Origin: Leptogorgia sarmentosa
Taxonomy: Eukaryota
Direction: 5' to 3'
Length of the DNA: 64,000 bases
NCBI GenBank assembly: GCA_964658305.1
Contig: OZ210885.1
Location: forward strand, 11,470,001 to 11,534,000
Position numbers and translations under genes: made by a program. This document shows, piece by piece, positions 1 to 13,135 of this stretch (position 1 is the first letter of the stretch; each line of letters opens with the position of its first letter). A model generated the notes under the pieces. It was not told the origin of the DNA, ran no database searches, and worked only from the letters and a program-made list of their open reading frames with translations.

Positions 1-1592
1 TAAAAAAATTGAAATTTTAGGGATTTTCTTTTGTTCCGCTCCGTTGCGTTGGGCCTGCAGTTTTCTCTTCTTTCTTTTTGCAGCTCCAGAGAGAGCAGCA
101 GATGAAGACATGTTTCTAGGGCAAAACACAAAACGTCAAAACCTCTACCTTATTTCTCAAAAAAAGCGGAACACCTACTTCCTTATGTAATGTACTTTTT
201 AGCCAGACGGCTAAAATAAACAGCCTTTCAAATTAAGAGCCAAAACATTTTCTATAAATTTTCTTCCTTAAAACAATCATACAGTTAGGTGTTTACTACA
301 TTTTAGACGATATGTTATATTTGTCAATTTCAAATTTTAAAAACTAAGTCAAAATTTCAAAAAGATAAATAGTTCATACCTTTCATCCTTCGATTAGTTC
401 GTAGGCAAGTTATAACACGAGGAAACACGAGGTGAGGTGCATTAAAATAATTGTAATATAAAATCATATCCATGAATCTTATAAACAATGCTTCCACTTT
501 AGATTTTAAAAATTCCTTTCTTCGTCTATTTTGTATTCTTTCGCATAACGTCGACATTATAGTACAGACAATAGTAGCAATTGAACATTGGTGTTATATA
601 GAGTTGTTTTGCAACCAAGACAAATCGTATTTTCGAACTCATGAAATACAATATTTGTATTATTTGAATTTGATATTAGCCAAGGGCCCCCCTAAGAAGT
701 TTCTTCCCTAGGGCCCCCGGCTTCGGCCAGGTTGGGCCCTTAGTAGTTACGCCACTGATATTTATTGAAATATGCAATACGAGACACGACTCAGAATGAT
801 TTGCAACAATATTGTAGGTTTTAAAATTGCGAAGTTAACCTAACATAATTTTTACATATCGCTCCTATATATAATGCACTGATATAATGAGTGATTATTA
901 GTGTGAAATTTCATAATATCCGCTGAAATATTCTCACTGTAATGATGTGAGATATCAGCTGATTCACCTACAAGTATCAGTTGCCTGTGTTCGTGTAAAT
1001 CATCGAAAGGTCGGATTTATAGATTCATAGATTTAGTATACACAGGGTTATAGTAAATGTACATAATGTTTCTGCCAGACCAGGTCTATGAACTTGAGCA
1101 GCATGCTATATTTTTACGGTTCCGAAGTTACCATCTCAAGAAGGAACGAAGTGGGTTGTGTGCTAAGACAGCCGCGAGTGTATTTAAGTTTAGAAAATTG
1201 GATTATATTTTATAGTGACGTTGGACGTTGGTTCGAATGATGAATTAAATTACTGAGAAATGCCTGTAAATTTGATAAATTAATATATGCACAACGCAGA
1301 CGTATATCAGTGTTTGAAAAGCTGCGATACATAAACGCGGAACTTTATGGACTTATGGAGGTCGAGGTAGGCTTAGGAAATGAGCAAGACTAGAAGATTT
1401 ACCACTTCTACTTATAAATGAATAACGTGATTGATAGAGACGACATTGAATGAGTGGTCATTTTCCATCCCTAAGTGAGCATTCATGTTGCCTTAAAGAC
1501 GTTTTATTCGCTTCATACAATTGAAAACATTTCGGTTGCTAGCTCGCTGTGTCAGTCTAGCACATTATAAACGCAATTCGTATCAAATATCA

Positions 1593-2513
1593 TATTTCAT
1601 ATGTGTCGCGGCTTCAAAGAAATGTTTGCAATGCGAATTTTCCATAACAGCTAGGGCCTCTACATTTTGGACACCACTACATTTATTACAATCACCAAAA
1701 CATTTATTACATCGTTTTTCTGTTTTGCTTTATCTCACATCACTGAAAGGATCGTAGCTACAATAATATCAAACATACTTGACAAGTTGACCTTCAAAGC
1801 CATTGAGATTAGCTATTGTGCGCAAAGACGCGTTGAGACAGATATTTGCTAGATGTAATGTTTTAGCTTGCCACTCAAGTGATACTGCATGTAGTGAGGA
1901 TTTAACTTGAAAAATACGTTGATCAAGATCTGCGTATGAAATTTGTTTCACATTAAGTTAGGATGAGTAAACAAGAAAGTGGTTTCCATTTGACAAATAA
2001 AATTGTATGGCATCAGAAAATGTGAATAATGAATTAATAGGACCTACAGTATCAAGATGGATTGCAATTTAGTGTGTTTACTCATGGGTTCACCACGCTT
2101 TCTTCTTCTCAATTAAATTCATAGAAGATCATTATTATGGAACAAAAATCTTTACGCTTTTATGTTTTGTACTTTTACACGGTAAAGACTGTACGTTATG
2201 ACACAAAACGATATTTTGCTGTATTAAAAATATTTCGATCGAAATGTAACATTCCTAGCTTGACTCGGCCAATGCGATTACTGCGGAATGCAGACTGCGT
2301 GTACTCGCGGATATTTTCGTATGCCTTTGCAATGTAGAGACTAGAGTAGAATACAAAGTCTTTAAAAATATCATACGAGAAATTCGAACTATTTTCTACA
2401 AGCGCAGCAGAGCCCATGGCCCAGAGTGGGCTGTAGCTTTCTCAATTTTTTGCTGGGTTATAATATGCTAACAAGAATATAGGAAGACTGTATAATCGAC
2501 GCTTACAAATCGA
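1593..2513. repeat. Copy 1 of a 0.9-kb direct repeat
   Basis: Near-identical to 9730-10629; duplicate ORFs (MGSAALVENSS...) appear in the ORF track. Confidence 0.93.
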
Positions 2514-3292
2514 CAGGCGGTTCGCAGGAATCTAGAAGGTATAATAACTACCAGATTGGTCGGAAGAGCCAGTAATTATACCGTCAGATTGGCCAATTTC
2601 TTCCAAACCGGCCAATCTCAGATCTCAAACTACGAATCTAGTTCCAGTCCGCCAAAATTGCTTAGCAGCGCATTCAAAATGGAGGAGGCAATGGAGTGGT
2701 TTATTTATATTACGTTACTTCTGTTGCTTCTGTGGTTGTTTCCGCATCATAAATGATTAAACCTATCCGTTTTGATCAATCTCTCGGTTAACTAAACACT
2801 ACAAAGACATATCCGTGCTTTTTTAATGCGTATTTTTACTTTAATTTTACTCGGTTTGATTAAATGATGCTGATGTCTTTATTGATTATTTATCAAGGGT
2901 CAGTAGATGATTCCAACTATACAGTATATACACTAAATAGGCAGGAATAGCGCGGTCACTGGAGCACAGATTGTTGGGAAATGTGGCCATGCAAATTTTT
3001 TATTTTGTACGATAATGAACGCAGCAGAAATTTTGCATCGCTTTTAAGCAGACAGAGACAGTGGTGCAGGTGTGGGACATAGGAAATTTGCAAAAATTTA
3101 AAATATATTTCCCGCACATTCCGTGACTATATTTTGCAATTTAAAATCTGTAATAATTTAGCTCTTGCCTCAAAATTTAATCTATAGCTGATTGGAATCA
3201 TCTACTCACTATACTCTGGATATATAAGCAGTCAAATCAGTCATTCCTGGCCCTGGGGAAGTGAATAAGGGGAAATGATAAACAATTTGCAT

Positions 3293-5810
3293 AGTGTTAT
3301 ATATCATTTCAAAGATTTTTTCCACTTAGTTTACGTCCGTATATCTAAATTAGTTCTGGCTTGAGTACAGCTAAGAGTAATTTTTATTTCTATCTTCCAA
3401 TCTGACAGTATTTATACTACCTGGATTGGAATGTTATTGTAGAATTTAGTGGAATCTACGACTTTAAGCATTTAAATTAGACTTTAATTAGTGTTATATA
3501 TCATTTCAAAGATTTTTTCCACTTAGTTTTCGTCCGTATATCTAAATTAGTTCGGGCTTGAGTACAGCTAAGAGTAATTTTTATTTCTATCTTCCAATCT
3601 GACAGTATTTATACTACCTGGATTGGAATGTTATTGTAGAATTTAGTGGAATCTACGACTTTAAGCATTTAATTTAGTGTTATATATCATTTCAAAGATT
3701 TCTCCACTTAGTTTATATCGTCTATATATTTCAAATTAGTTCAACTTGAGCACCTAGTATAATTTATATTTCTATCTTCCAATCTGACAGTATTTATACT
3801 ACCTGGATTGGAATGTTATTGCAGAATTCAGTGGTATCTACGACTTTAAATATCTAAATTAGTTTCATACATCATTTCGAAGATTTTTTCACCTAGTTTA
3901 CGTCCGTAATTCCATATATTTTGATTTTTGAATTATTCGGTAATCGGTACAGCTATAGAGTAATTTTTATTTCTATCTTCCAATCTGACAGTATTTATAC
4001 GATCGGATTGGAATGACATTGGCATTTAACGTATACTGATCGATAGCTTGAAATTAGGACAATTAATAATATATATATATTCTCCAAACTGACAGTATTT
4101 TATACTGTATGGGATGGATTTGATTGTGGAAAAAGACTGATTCTCAAGAACTCTCACGTTTCAGTTTATTTCATTCGCAAAAGCTTAATTTTCATATATT
4201 CTATCATAATCATATCCAATCAATTTCCTGAACTGCGCCGATGATTGCTAATAATTTTTCTTAATAATATTATGCTAATTTAAATGCTTAAAGTCGTAGA
4301 TTCCACTAAATTCTACAATAACATTCCAATCCAGGTAGTATAAATACTGTCAGATTGGAAGATTGAAATATAAATTATACTATAGAGGTAGCTAGGTACT
4401 CAAGTTGAGACTAATATGAAAAATATAGACGTAAACTAAGTGAAAAATCTTTGAAATGATATATATAACACTAATTTAAATGCTTAAAGTCGTAGATTCC
4501 ACTAAATTCTACAATAACATTCCAATCCAGGTAGTATAAATACTGTCAGATTGGAAGATAGAAATAAAAATTACTCTATAGCTGTACTCAAGCCAGAACT
4601 AATTTAGATATACGGACGTAAACTAAGTGGGAAAAATCTTTGAAATGATATATAACACTAATTTAAATGTTTAAAGTCGTAGATTCCACTAAATTCTACA
4701 ATAACGTTCCAATCCAGGTAGTATAAATACTGTCAGATTGGTTAAGTCGACATGAAGAGAGGAAAACGATGTCCAGAGCTTAAATATCACTAAAGAATCC
4801 GCTATTATTTGAGAGACAAAAATCGAGCACAGTGCGCACAATTAATTTCTATCTATATTAAAATAATAATACGTATGCGTGAAGGGGTGGGGTATTTGAA
4901 CCGCTAAAGGTATAACAGTGTCGCCACCTATGCACCATGAATCCATGATGAGGCTTAACTATAGTCCAGAATCAGGGTCAGGCTTACAAAATCGATGAAA
5001 CCTATATAGCTAATTGCCATAGAGATAATATAGTTCCTGATGTCTCGAACTATGTATACGACCACGTAGCTATATACCGTAAGGCGTTGCTAAAGTGTGT
5101 TAAGACGCTAACCATATTCTTTGGCGGTCGCATTTTTAAACTTCGTTCAACAACGAGATTCCAATGTAGATAATAAATATAAATACTGTTAGATTTTAAC
5201 ATCCATCATAAATTACTATACCTGTATTCAAAGCTTGATTTTTTAAAATATATGGACGTGAACTAAGTGAAAAAATCTTTGAAATGATATATAACACTCA
5301 TTTAAATGCTTAAAGTCGTAGATTCCACTAAATTCTACAATAACATTCCAATCCAGGTAGTATAAATACTGTCAGATTGGAAGATAGAAATATAAATTAT
5401 ACTATAGAGGTAGGTAGCTACTCTCAAGTTGAGACTAATATGAAATATATAGACGTAAACTAAGTGGAAAAAATCTTTGAAATGATATATAACACTAATT
5501 TAAATGTTTAAAGTCGTAGATTCCACTAAATTCTACAATAACGTTCCAATCCAGGTAGTATAAATACTGTCAGATTGGAAGATAGAATACTGTCAGATTG
5601 GAAGATATAAATTATACTATAGAGATAGGTATACTCAAGTTGAGACTAATTTGAAATATATGGACGTAAACTAAGTGAAAAAATCTTTGAAATGATATAT
5701 AACAAGTAGATATAGGGAGTATAGTAGCCAACAATTTGCAGAATAATGTCTAGCCGGTGATTTGTAATTTATCACTGTATTTTCCAATCTGACAGTATTT
5801 AATATACTAC
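3293..5810. repeat. Approximately 185-200 bp satellite arranged as a fold-back array
   Basis: The unit contains TTCCAATCTGACAGTATTTATACTACCTGGATTGGAA. About 4 forward copies at 3293-4120; reverse-complement copies at 4276-4741 and about 5150-5703; a fragment at 5781-5810. Confidence 0.92.
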
Positions 5811-5817
5811 TGATTCT

Positions 5818-8800
5818 TCATGTTGAATCATCGTCATCTGTTTCAGTTTCAAGTTGAACTTCTGGAAATTCGATACATGGTAAATTCACGCACTCTTTGA
5901 AATTGTCATGAATGCTGGAAATGCGTATCTGCAAAAGCTTTTGTTCCGCTTTTAACAAGGCTATCGCCCCTGATTCGTATCTATTTCCTGAATTCCCAGA
6001 CAATATTAACGCGGCCACGCAAGCTGCAAGTTTCTCTTCTTCCTTGACAAAGTAGTTGAAGACAGCTTTCATTTCCTTGCCCAAAATGTTCTTTTCTTCT
6101 CTACTTCGCTTTAGCAGATGAAACATTTCGACAGCATACCGTTTGACAGTCGATGGTACAGCGTTTGGATGATCCCTGTCTACATCGATACCAAATGTTT
6201 CCTGTTGTTTCGCCAGGTCAACAGTGATGTCTGCAAACGATGCTTGTACATCTTCCCCTAGCTGTTCCCGAGAGGTGCTATATTCTAAGACGAGCTCTTT
6301 CATTTTCTTGTCTGTCTTCTTGATTTGGTTAGACAACTTTTTCGACAATGCATGACCTTCTACACAACGAAAAAATTCTATCAGAAAATATATTTAAAAA
6401 TCAGCTTTTTGGGGTTTGCGAATATTTCATTATTATATCAAATATGCAGGACTACAAAATTTAAAGGTACACTCTGAAGGAGGCGGACATCGTCCAGAAC
6501 ACACATTATTATATCTATACCTGAATACTTCTCTTTCAACTTTAAAAGAAAAAGTCGTTCATGACACACGGTTTTCATTTTCTCTAAACAGTCAGTACAT
6601 TTGCGGCACATCTTCGCTTCAAGTTCTTTCTTGTATTCTTCTTGATCTTGTGTCCACCGTAACTGAATCTTTGCACTTCTTTCGGTCACTGTAAGTTCCC
6701 TATCCAGTCTGCAACAAAACGAAAATCAGCTTACATGCATACAGAACCATGCATCGTGCCGTGGTCAAGATTTTTTTGCCATGATATATGTGAACATGTT
6801 TGTATCACATCCTATAATTTCAAATCGTATATTGCCTCTATACTTGATAAGTACATTACTTGACATGCACAAAGTAACTCAAACTCTGGAAAACAAATAA
6901 TGCTATTTATACATGTATGAGCTTATTCAGCTTAATTGCCCACAACACTGATTCACTGTTTCTCTATTGTTCCTCCGCAATACACATACAAATGCTACAT
7001 TATTGCAATATACCTGTCAATCTTTTTGCCGATGGCCGAAAGTTCGTCTGTCGTCAAAGACTCATCTGCGCACATGTGGTTTCTAATATTGAAAATCATC
7101 GATAAAAATTCTCAAGAGTATAATAGTAGTATAATTGACAAGTTTGATAACAAGTTTCTTTGTTCACTTACAGCACGAGGAATATCATACATGCAGGCAT
7201 GTACTTTATGTATTGATTTTAACCAGCCATTCGTTATGGTGTTACCTTTTCATACGTTCATATAATCGATCTTTGGATAACATGGTTATTGTTGCATGGT
7301 ACTAAACTCATCGTTTTAATGTTGTGCAATCTATATGCACCAATTTATGTTCGGTGAACCCGAATTGCAATTTCGTATTCTGCCCTTTTGTGATTAAATT
7401 ACATTACACATATATACAAACCTGAGTGTGTAAAAACTTCTCAATTTATCCACGTACTCTGGTACCCATGAATTGTTTTCAGAATAAGCATTCTGATTCG
7501 CTGATGCTGAAATATTCAGTGAAGGACGCACACATAGTCTGAGTTTCGAGTTAAGACCTTACTCAGTTACGCAGTTTTGCATTCTTGTAAAAAAATTAAC
7601 TACCTGGTTCATGTCCACAAATTTGCAGTCGTTCTTGCCTTGCAAATTCTTCTATTACACCTTCCGATAAAGGAACTAAAATAACATATATAAACATTGA
7701 AATTGTATCTTTGGACAAGTGGTCGTGGTATGGTGGCGTGCATGACGACACACTGTTACTGCATAATTAAATATTTAAGATATGATAGAGGGACGATTAT
7801 GAGGCTTCTTTTGCACAGAATATATACCTACAGAATATTACCTGGCGACTTAGTCGATAGCTCCTTTATGTTCTTCTCACTCGCTTCGATGCACTGAAGG
7901 GACCTATTCCAACTTTTTAATAGACCTGAAACTATATAATATTTTCAAATTTACATACATATTATATGTTGTGCCTAATCGTGTTATGCACGTACAGTAC
8001 CAATGCAATGTAAATTAAAACACTTACTATGACAATAAAAACTTTACCTAACTTATCTTTGCATAAACGACCATAATACAAAATTGCATCTCTTAGAACG
8101 TTAATACGATGCGAAGGGCGCATTTCCTTGGTCATTTTCCCAAAACGACGAAGAAACGACCACAATCTTTCCAATTGCTCCCCATCTGATAACCCAAAAC
8201 CTTGTTTTCTTCTGGGACTGTATTCGAGCTACCAAAAGAAACAATATATGAGTGTTTTTACAGATTCTAAGAATTTATGCGTACATGCAATGTAATTAAA
8301 ACAATAGATATGCAGTCAAATAAACTGTCTCATAATCCATTGGTTGGATCGAATTAATTCGACGGTAATTCGACGTGATAAAATGCACCCAATCTGGAAA
8401 ACCAACATGTTATAAAAGTTGGGCAATGTATTATTTATGTATAGTCTCATGCAGTTACCAGTTTTTCTTCAGAGTGACATCATTAAAACGCTTTCTAACC
8501 TCATAATCGCTTGATTGTTTCCTGCTTTGCAATGCAGTTTCAGCCGACAGAACTATAGATAAGAGTAAATTACCTGACAAGACGCTTTATGTCCATATAT
8601 GTGGAAAGCAGGTACAGCCAATGTGATTTTGGATAGAAGGTTTATTTGCCCTGATGCCTAAATTGTATGGCAAATTAGGAAATTTTAACGTTGGCTAGCG
8701 CTGCGAAGACTAATCGAAGTTCATTATTTTGACGAATATATATATATATATATATATTCTAATATAATATATTCTAATATATGGTGCACATATACTGTGG

Positions 8801-9201
8801 TACAGACTGCTTCAAAAAACGTTTTCACAAATACAGTACCCGCAGGTGTTTTTCCAATAGACATCCAATATCGTACATCAACTTTATTTGGTAATTCCCT
8901 GCTCTAGTTTTCTCCACCATGTCTTTCAACATGTAAACGGAATACGCTATTCTAAAACAAATGAAGCACAAAGACAATCTAAGAATCTTGTGCTTGTCAT
9001 GCAACTAAAATATTTGGCAATACTGTTGGACATTCTGACTTGTCGTATTTCATGCTAAGTTCACCTTTCACCATGCTTTAAATTCAAGAACCGTTTGGGA
9101 AAACCATGTTTACAAGCTCGCCCAAAAACCCCAGTTTCGTCTAGAGCTTTAAACTTTCTTTTTGAATACAGTATGTCACCAGCCTTGAAATCACTGCATT
9201 C
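5818..9201 (-). CDS. KDZ (Kyakuja-Dileera-Zisupton) transposase-like gene, 3' ten exons; 5' part not found
   Basis: Exons 9201-9065, 8951-8840, 8657-8574, 8228-8048, 7925-7842, 7675-7604, 7506-7422, 7082-7014, 6708-6521, 6359-5818 join in frame (1554 nt including TGA). Motifs: LDETGVFGRACKHG, KHGER, MYDIGC, VPAFHIYGHKASCQ, GFGLSDGEQLERLWSFL. Confidence 0.85.
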
Positions 9202-9293
9202 CTATAAATGAAAACAAAATGATTATTAGTAAGTCCATCATTCCGTCACATGCACATGAACATTTTATAATATTTAAGAAATAGATAACGAGT

Positions 9294-9449
9294 CGCGTGC
9301 CATTATGCTGTTATAATGCACGAGGGAAATGTTGGGAGAATACGAGAGAATCGCGTAAAACACGAGGCGTAGCCAAGTGTTTTACGCGATTCTCGAGTAT
9401 TCTCACAACATTGCCCGAGTGCAATTATAACAGCATAATGGCACGCGAC
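9294..9449. repeat. Hairpin repeat with GAGGCGTAGCC loop (Crypton-like non-autonomous end)
   Basis: About 70-bp inverted arms. Related hairpins occur at 34582-34676, 46959-47116 and 63313-63422. Confidence 0.65.
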
Positions 9450-9729
9450 GAGTTTTTCTATTTCTTTTATAATATAAGAGAATATTAGCGCAACAAAAAA
9501 CTTCGTTAGGAAGATCAAAATTACAATTCTCTTTACATGTAATCAAGCGTGTTCTCAAATGTTGCCAAGCAGCAACACAGCTTTATTCCTTTAGCTGAGC
9601 GAAAGCAAACAATTCAAGCCTTTTTTATGGATGTATTTGTAGTATATATGTATTTTTATTGTCTTTTTGTCAAACCAAAGAGTCGCGGGAGAAATTTAAT
9701 AGCTAGATTAAATTATTAGATTAGATCAT

Positions 9730-10629
9730 TATTTCATATGTGTCGCGGCTTCAAAGAAATGTTCCCAATGCGAATTTTCCATAACAGCTACGGCCTCATT
9801 CTTTTTGACACCATTACATTTATTACAATCACCAAATCATTTATTACATCGTTTTTCTGTTTTGCTTTATCTCACATCACTGAAAAGGTCGTAGCTACAA
9901 TAATATCAAGCATACTTGACCTTCAAAGCCATTGAGATTAGCTATTGTGCGCAAAGACGCGTTGAGACAGATATTTGCCAGATGTAATGTTTTAGCTTGC
10001 CACTCAAGTGATATTGTAGTGAGGATTTAACTTGAAAAATACGTCGATCAAGATCTGCGTATGAAATTTGTTTCACATTAAGTTATGATGAGTGAACAAG
10101 AAAGTGGTTTCCATTTGACAAATAAAATTGTATGGCATCCGAAAATGTGAATAATAATTAATATGACCTACAGTATCAAGATGGATTGCAATTTAGTGTG
10201 TTTACTCATGGGTTCACCACGCGTTCTTCTTCTCAATTAAATTCATAGAAGATCATTGTTATGGAACAAAAATCTTTGCGCTTTTATGTTTCGTACTTTT
10301 ACACAGTAAAGACTGTACGTTATGACATAAAACGATATTTGCTGTATTAAAAATATTTCGATCGAAATGTAACATTCCTAGCTTGACTCGGCCAATGCGA
10401 TTACTGCGGAATGCAGACTGCGTGTACTCGCCTATTTTCCTATGCCCTTGCAATGTAGAGTAGAATACAAAGTCTTTAAAAATATCATACGAGGAATTCG
10501 AACTATTTTCTACAAGCGCAGCAGAGCCCATGGCCCAGAGTGGGCTGTAGCTTCCTCAATTTTTTGCTGGGTTGTATAATATGCTAACAAGAATATAGCA
10601 AGACTGTATAATCCACGCATACAAATCGA
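9730..10629. repeat. Copy 2 of a 0.9-kb direct repeat
   Basis: Matches 1593-2513 with scattered substitutions and small indels. Confidence 0.93.
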
Positions 10630-12885
10630 AGGGATTACCGATCAAGAATGGCACGCAAAATTGCTTATGCTGAGCAGGTTTCGCGTTATATTTTGCACGA
10701 TACTATCTATACTGATCCGCAGTGAATGTGCAGAAATTAAAAATCATATTCTGGTATATCAGATGAAGTTTAAGTTGCGCGCTGTAGTTAGGATAAAAAT
10801 TTAGAGATTGCAATGGGGGTAGTATCGCATAGCTCTTGGCTACGTAGACTGTGATTAATCTCCACTTTCATTTTGAGCCTCCAAGATGATATTTTAGAGC
10901 AGAAGTCTTAGTGAAATGTTGGCAACTGTGATGTATTTAGTGAAATAAAGGCAGCAAAAGTCATAACTCTACCTGAATTTCACAAACGACATTTTAAGCC
11001 TTAGATAGATGTATTAACGTCATTTTCTCTTTGTATACAATATGGTTATAAAATATGTTTGACTTTCACGTCTGATGGTAGCACGATAGAGAAATCGAAG
11101 TGACATATTGATAGAAACTAAAGGAAAATTCAAGGAATTTAAAACTATTTTCCAAGGCATTCTCAAGTTCTGCCAGGCTGAATTTTAATCTGCCGGAAAT
11201 TGAAAGGGATTTCCCCTTTTCTCAAGCCATGTTCTGATTACACTCAGAGTTTTAATATTTTAGCCAGTCTGTGCTTTATTGTAGCAGTGAGTTTCATGTA
11301 TTTCGTTCTCTGTCAATATAATCGCAATCATACTACATTGACGAATAATTGAAAGCGCGACAGGGAATAAGAAACGAGGTGAGTTTGATTTAAATGTCTA
11401 GTAAACCAAAGAAATTCCCGTAGGATTTCCCGTCACAGAGCTGCGAAGATGCCGTGTGTTAGGAAAGCAATATACCCGTTGAAAGGAAAATACGTTAGGC
11501 ATGAACGACACAAATGACGAAACAAATATATTCAACCGTAATAAGTTTACAAATAGGTATAATATGCTCGAAATAATGAACGAACTGCGAAAGACCAAAG
11601 CCGGAAGCTAAATCTTCATGCTGTACCTACGTTTATATTTTGCCATACATGATTGTATTGTTCGCCATTTCAAGCGAATTTATATCCCTATCAGAATTTA
11701 TTTGCTGAAAACTCCACCAAAACCTAAAAGTTTTCGCTCTGTTAAATAGAAGTTGCTTACGAGGGGAATATGGCTTACTAAGCAAGATTTGCTTTACAAA
11801 CATTTATAACTGCATTTCATATCACAAGGTTACAATCATGATTTAATGTTAGTGAAATAATATCAGCAGTCAGTAGTCTGATAGAAGTCACCTTCTCATT
11901 AAACAGGGTGTTCATTACAATATATACTGTACACTTTGGTGAATTCAGTGGCTAATTTTGTCCCGTTCATTAATGATTTTTCCTACAGCTTCTCTAAGGC
12001 ATTCCAGCCCATTCCATACAAATTTCTTGGCAGTGACTAAGCCAAGCTGTGTTCAGACATGCATTAATAAATGATATAGAAACTCTAACCCTATCATCAT
12101 TGACTTTATACTGTAGTACAGCTGCATCAAGTTGTATATTGCATCAGTAGTTTGTGACCTAGCTGGTGATTCCTAGCATGGCACATAAGTCAAGAGCATT
12201 CCCTGTTACACAGGGCCTTCACTTGCTCTAAAAACACCACCAAAACCTCTAGCTTTTGCTCTGCTAACCCACATTCTTTCAGTACAATTATATTATGCTT
12301 AATATAAATTTATTAAATAGTGAAGACAATTCTATTATTTGCCCAGCAAACAAGTTTTGTGTTACATATATTTATAGCTGTTTTATACCACAAGAATTCA
12401 ATCATGTTTTGATGTTACAAGGATGTCAATCTCCTGGGCTGATGAAATTACCATTCCCTTCAAGATTTTAGTAGCACGGAAACGATATATGAGCCCCATA
12501 TTACATGCATTTTGCTTCTCTATTAAAAAAATGTATTTTACACTTAACACCCATCAAAAAATAAAAACTACACAACCAGAAATTTGACAAAAAGACATTT
12601 TGGAGCATTTTAATACATTGCAGCAACTGTCCCAGCATGTGTATAATTTTTACTCAATCCCTGGTTGAAATCTTGAATAGGATCCTGACAGGATCCTAAC
12701 AAGATCCTACCTAGGATCTTAATAGGATCCTTGGTAGGATCTTACAAAAGATCAACAGGATCCTGAACAGGATCCTCTCAGGATCCTATAGGATCCTACA
12801 GGATCTTATACAAGATCCTGTAGGATCCTGGTAGGATCCTATAGGATCCTATAGGATCTTGTACAAGATCCTGTAGCATCCTAAT

Positions 12886-13135
12886 AGGATCCTACAAGAT
12901 CCTAGCCAGGATCCTGAATGGCTTTTGTAGGATCCTACAAGATCCTAGCCAGGATCCTGAATGGCTTTTGTAGGATCCTACAAGATCCTAGCCAGGATCC
13001 TGAATGGCTTTTGTAGGATCCTACAAGATCCTAGCCAGGATCCTGAATGGCTTTTGTAGGATCCTACAAGATCCTAGCCAGGATCCTGAATGGCTTTTGT
13101 AGGATCCTACAAGATCCTAGCCAGGATCCTCAATG
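12886..13135. repeat. 43-bp tandem repeat, about 6 copies
   Basis: Unit CAAGATCCTAGCCAGGATCCTGAATGGCTTTTGTAGGATCCTA. Confidence 0.93.

Noticed and set aside
357..2756. Short ORFs in the track as genes
   Set aside because: No recognisable motifs, many use non-ATG starts, and they overlap repeats. The same applies to most 60-100 aa ORFs in the window.
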